Positions 60,941-64,000 of a stretch of 64,000 nucleotides of DNA are shown here, one piece after another. The translations under genes were made by a program, and so were the position numbers. The notes beneath the pieces were generated by a model. That model was not told the DNA's origin, did no database searches, and worked only from the letters and a program-made list of their open reading frames with translations. The stretch comes from Balanoglossus misakiensis. Its lineage: Eukaryota; Animalia; Hemichordata. The stretch spans positions 8,643,846-8,707,845 of the forward strand of contig CM082577.2 of assembly GCA_040954595.2 (NCBI GenBank). The letters run 5' to 3'. Every line of letters begins with the position of its first letter. The stretch's first letter is position 1.

Positions 60941-63936
60941 CTAAGGGAATGCTGGTAGGCGCTCTGACGTCGGCGATGCTAGCGGCGATGCAACAGGACT
61001 GCTGGGGTTGGACTTTGCATTTGATACATCTGAGCTGATCAGAGCGTTCACTTTGGGTTGGAGATCTTCCCACAGTGCATGAATCTGGGGAGAAAATTAA
61101 ATAAACAAGAAAACGTAAAGTTATCAAATGTCAGACTATGTGTGACATAGTGCTATATCTCATCCTGTTTAGTAAAGTGACAAAGCAAAGAAGTCACTTC
61201 TGCTCATATTTCGACCATGTTTGAATAACATCAGAATATAATTTCTTAATGATGACTGATTCACTGAATGACAGATTATGATTGGCTACAAGCGATCATG
61301 TGATTATAATTTTGGCCAATCAAATGATTTTTGTCCCAATAGGCACATCCACTGACTCTCAATAAAAAGCATGCCTCAACTTTTGTAAAGTCAGCAATCA
61401 GGGGGAGGGGGGGATAAACCAATGATCTTAGGCACATACCTCTTTTGTTCCTTTGGCTTCTATAAGAGCAAGCAATTGGAAAACTTCTGCAATAACTTCG
61501 ATATTAGCATGGATAAGTTGCGTTTCCATTTGTAGACAATGAAGAGAAAAGTAATTCCTATTTTCCATATTTGTGATTTCACTTTCTTGCTGTGGAAACA
61601 AATGTGGAATAAGCTATAATTATTTTTTTCTGCTTAGTATATGATGGCCAGTGAAATGTCCCTTTAGAACTGCAAGTTTTAATGTAACACTCCCCTTTTA
61701 CACCTTGACCCCTAGTGACCTATGACTTCAGGTTCAAAGAAAAAATGCTGATCACACTGGCACCCTTTTACGTCACTCACTGTCTGAAATTAATTTTCCG
61801 CCAACAAAAACAACAATAACAATGCCTGGGAAAAACAATACTAACCTCTATGATTCTAGATTCCAACTGTTCGACTGTGCCGGCCTGCTCTTGCCCTTTG
61901 ATGGTTGCTGTCATTCTCTTCTTTTTCATGTTACCCATTTTTTGTAAAGCACTCTGATGATCTTTCAAGACACCTTTCTCGTGTCTTTCACATAGATCCT
62001 GTCAGAGAGAGAGAGGGGGGAGGGGGATTGGGGGACACAGACAGAAGGGGGAGTTAGTTGTGAGGCATTGAATGTGTCTGAAAATATTGCCTAAGCTCTG
62101 CTGTACAAAAATTAAGTTCCAGTTCAGTGAAGAAAAATATCATGCCACAGCCTTCATAGTTTTTATATTCCCAGAGTTTCCAAACCTGCATGTTGTTCTA
62201 GGGAATGTTAAACTGAAGAAACTGTAGATTTGCCCTTTGCCCTCTGCTAGAAAAAAGTCAATGAACAAGCTCGCTTTGAGAACTTTCATGTTCTGGCAAA
62301 TAACTCCCCTATGGTGAATCCCTATGCCATTCATGAATACAAAATATTGTTTACAACTAAGTATAGGATCAACACTGTTGAACTAAAAATGTCCCCTCCA
62401 TAGTCAGACCCTTTCACGCAGACACTCAAAGCATCCATTCAAGGTTACATTTGTACCACGCGTTCAAGGACATCAGAAATCCTAACAATCAGCATCTCAC
62501 TGTATTATCTGGAACAAAGACGAAATGACAACCATAGCGGCCAACGTCAGCCATGTTTTTTTTAATTCCTAAAAATATCCTACTGAGTGACAGGGTAGGG
62601 GTGCTCTTGTATCACTTCACATTTCAAGGCAATAATTCTCAACAAACAAAGATCTGAAAAATAACAGGATTATTCCATGAACCTTTTTTTGTGTTGAAGA
62701 ACAAAGAGAGAGTACAATTACCCTGAATGCTGTCAGTAGATCCAAAAACAAGTACAACATTTCAACAACAGTGTCTTCTTCCCTTGCACTCTGCAGAACA
62801 GAAAAACAACAAGCAATGGATGAATCCTCAACCAATTTTAGTGCGATATAGAAATATTAAGGAAAGGTTTTTCTTATTCTGTCACTCAACTGTGGAGTGA
62901 CTTGTCGCTGAAATTAAGGGGCGTTGATTGTCTTATGTGCATGTGCCAAACCAGAGACTCTACAGTCTCTGTCGGAGATCGTGAAAAGAAGGGACAAAAC
63001 TAAAGTCTACTTATACAGTGCACACGAAATACAGAAGGAAGTGAAGGCAGTCCACTATTTGAATGTGTCGAACACAAAATTTCCAGAACATTTGGATTGG
63101 TCGTAATGTTTGTACACATGAAAATACGCACATGCGCATAAGACGATAGTTGGCCTTTAAATGGTTCTTACCTGTTGAGCACACTTGTCGGCTATGCCAG
63201 CAAACTCGACAGAGAGAGTCTTGAACCCTCGCTTGAGCTGTGGCCACGAGTCATTGTTACCACATGCCCAGGCAGAGGAGGGTTGGTTTTCGTTGGCCAG
63301 GCATGTCAGTTCTTTACACATCTGCAGCATATCACTGGCTTGTTCTGAAAATGAAATGAAATGAAAGCAAGGGTTTGTAGCTGTATATCTGGAGTAGAAT
63401 TTGGCTCCACGGTTGGGGGAAAATGACAATTTGCATGTCTGTATATTTATCAGTTAACTTATTGTATGAAGGCCGGTGGCCTAAGATACTGAAATAAATA
63501 TATATATAATGACAATTTAATGGAGATTGGTGAAATTAGCTGATCGACACCGCATGCAGGGGAGATAGCCATTTTGATGACCTCTACACGACCTTACATC
63601 CATCATCATAGGCATGAATCCATCTGTCGTATTCAAAACTCTTTACCCGCATTTCTAATTATTGAATTCTGCACTAAATTAACCACAGTCACTCATTTTC
63701 ATGGAAAACTTCACATTCTTTTCCATCAAATGAATTTTGATGGCCGAATCCCACTGAAAATACAAGGAATTGACCACACCAACCAGTAAATTGAACCAGC
63801 ACATTTCCAACTCACCAGCAGATCTCCTCGCCATCCTCTCTGCGACGTCTTTCATTTTCAAAAGAGAAATGTGTATGGTACGGATTTGTTCTTTGCTGTT
63901 TCCAAACTGTAGCTGCGTATCCATAGGAACCAAATC
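60941..63936 (-). CDS. SNX8: Sorting nexin-8, C-terminal BAR-domain exons (5' part lies beyond the window)
   Basis: Exons 63936-63816, 63344-63172, 62790-62722, 61998-61846, 61589-61440, 61084-60941 (TAG), phases consistent. Motifs DVAERMARR, LSVEFAGIADKCAQQ, LFLDLL..F.DLCERHEKGVL, VEQLESRIIEQE, RNYFSLHCLQMETQLIH match SNX8. Confidence 0.92.
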
Positions 63937-64000
63937 CTGTATAGTAGGCGAATCATGTCAAAGTTCACGGGTCAGAGGTCTTTACATTGTACAGTACGGT

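Noticed and set aside
1-64000. tRNA, rRNA, snoRNA genes and U12-type introns
   Set aside because: No cloverleaf, rRNA-like segment or RTATCCTT donor at an exon boundary was recognised by eye; a covariance-model search would be needed to exclude small RNAs.

Overview
Intron-rich animal genomic DNA (GT-AG introns, AT-rich introns, no prokaryotic features). It is most plausibly an invertebrate deuterostome such as a hemichordate or echinoderm; this is an inference from an SLC35A1-type CMP-sialic acid transporter and an intronless TRIM-NHL gene. Gene order: (1) 5' part of a THAP-domain, Kolobok-like transposase gene with a premature stop (-, 50-1425); (2) SLC35A1-like transporter (-, 5 exons, 4582-9443); (3) ZZEF1 (+, about 73 exons, 10487-48177), head-to-head with SLC35A1; (4) an intronless RING-Bbox-CC-NHL TRIM gene nested antisense in the largest ZZEF1 intron (33050-35119); (5) a 4-exon NERD (PD-(D/E)xK nuclease-related) gene (-, 50712-52911), head-to-head with (6) POLD2 (+, 10 exons, 54374-57977); (7) 3' part of SNX8 (-, 60941 to the window end). 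Introns carry several MITE families (TA- and TTAA-flanked), a 1.26-kb foldback element and microsatellites. The most interesting observations are the spliced metazoan NERD gene sharing an E2F-site promoter with POLD2, the nested TRIM-NHL gene, and a candidate regulated 39-nt ZZEF1 cassette exon preceded by an AG-free zone of about 250 nt. All family assignments come from motif recognition by eye; no searches were run.
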